The position numbers and the translations under genes were made by a program. From positions 1 through 45,130 of IMG/VR virus record IMGVR_UViG_3300037043_000013: a stretch of DNA of 45,130 nt, one strand, 5' to 3'. The notes beneath the pieces are model-generated. The model made no database searches. It was not told where the DNA came from and saw only the letters and a program-made list of their open reading frames with translations. The DNA comes from a virus. Its lineage: Duplodnaviria > Caudoviricetes. Below, one piece after another: positions 44,620-45,130 of this stretch; position 1 is the first letter of the stretch; every line of letters starts with the position of its first letter.

Positions 44620-45130
44620 TGGCAAGCGCAGTCGGCCCGTCCCAGAAGAACCCGACCGAACTCCTGTCGCTCAGCAATCCCCTGACGGGGGACAAGCTGG
44701 ACCTGCGCATCTCGGGCGGCGTCAACGGCATTCAGGAGATCCCGCAGACCCCGTCGACGATGTTCAAGGCGGGCGGCGGCAAGAAGTACGGCGACTACGA
44801 CCCGACGTTTGCCCACCTTGAGCAGCGCACGTGGGAGGGCGGACGAGCCCAAGAAGACTGGGTGGACGACGAAACCCGCTTCTACGACAGCATGAACGCT
44901 TGGACGATGACGCCCGGGCGTGCCTTCCCAGCGCCCCGTTGGGTGTTCGGGGAAGGCTACGACTACGCCGACGTCCTCCTGCCGGGGGCCAAGCGGTTCT
45001 CCATCGGAGACGACGTCAAGTGGGTCAGGGTGAACTCGGGTGCGTACTATGCCCGCAGCTTCACGGCTCAGGCCTCCTACACGCCCACGACCATCCAAGT
45101 CCTCATTCGCAGGATCGGCGATCCGTCCGG
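44619..45130 (+). CDS. Putative tail protein (3' truncated, not in ORF track)
   Basis: TAATG overlap; MASAVGPSQKNPTELL… open to window end. Confidence 0.55.
   Translation, partial: MASAVGPSQKNPTELLSLSNPLTGDKLDLRISGGVNGIQEIPQTPSTMFKAGGGKKYGDYDPTFAHLEQRTWEGGRAQEDWVDDETRFYDSMNAWTMTPGRAFPAPRWVFGEGYDYADVLLPGAKRFSIGDDVKWVRVNSGAYYARSFTAQASYTPTTIQVLIRRIGDPS

Overview
A high-GC tailed dsDNA phage segment (Caudoviricetes, probably podovirus-like), apparently most of the genome with part of the tail module missing. Layout: (i) lysis genes (GH25 lysin, two membrane proteins); (ii) a rightward accessory arm at 1.4-12.2 kb with HNH, DEDD exonuclease, SprT-like, endonuclease VII and HD hydrolase genes plus a family of mosaic small genes built from shared DNA blocks; (iii) a leftward early-type arm at 12.25-17.6 kb (SLH protein, N6-adenine MTase, GP88-like); (iv) a low-complexity non-coding divergence region; (v) a rightward morphogenesis arm (terminase, portal, 1928-aa probable internal virion protein, scaffold, capsid, decoration and tail proteins) carrying four DUF115/Maf-like and one GT2-like glycosyltransferases. 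The most unusual signal is the non-coding RNA complement: two covarying ~131-nt tRNA-like RNAs whose anticodon arm is replaced by a structured domain; a ~380-nt multi-pseudoknot RNA candidate (2556-2935); and a self-contained ~145-nt sRNA gene (18944-19089, minus strand) whose first hairpin loop is perfectly complementary over 12 nt to the 5' stem strand of that large RNA. I recognised no polymerase, helicase, primase, integrase or repressor. All calls are motif recognition by eye; no searches were run.
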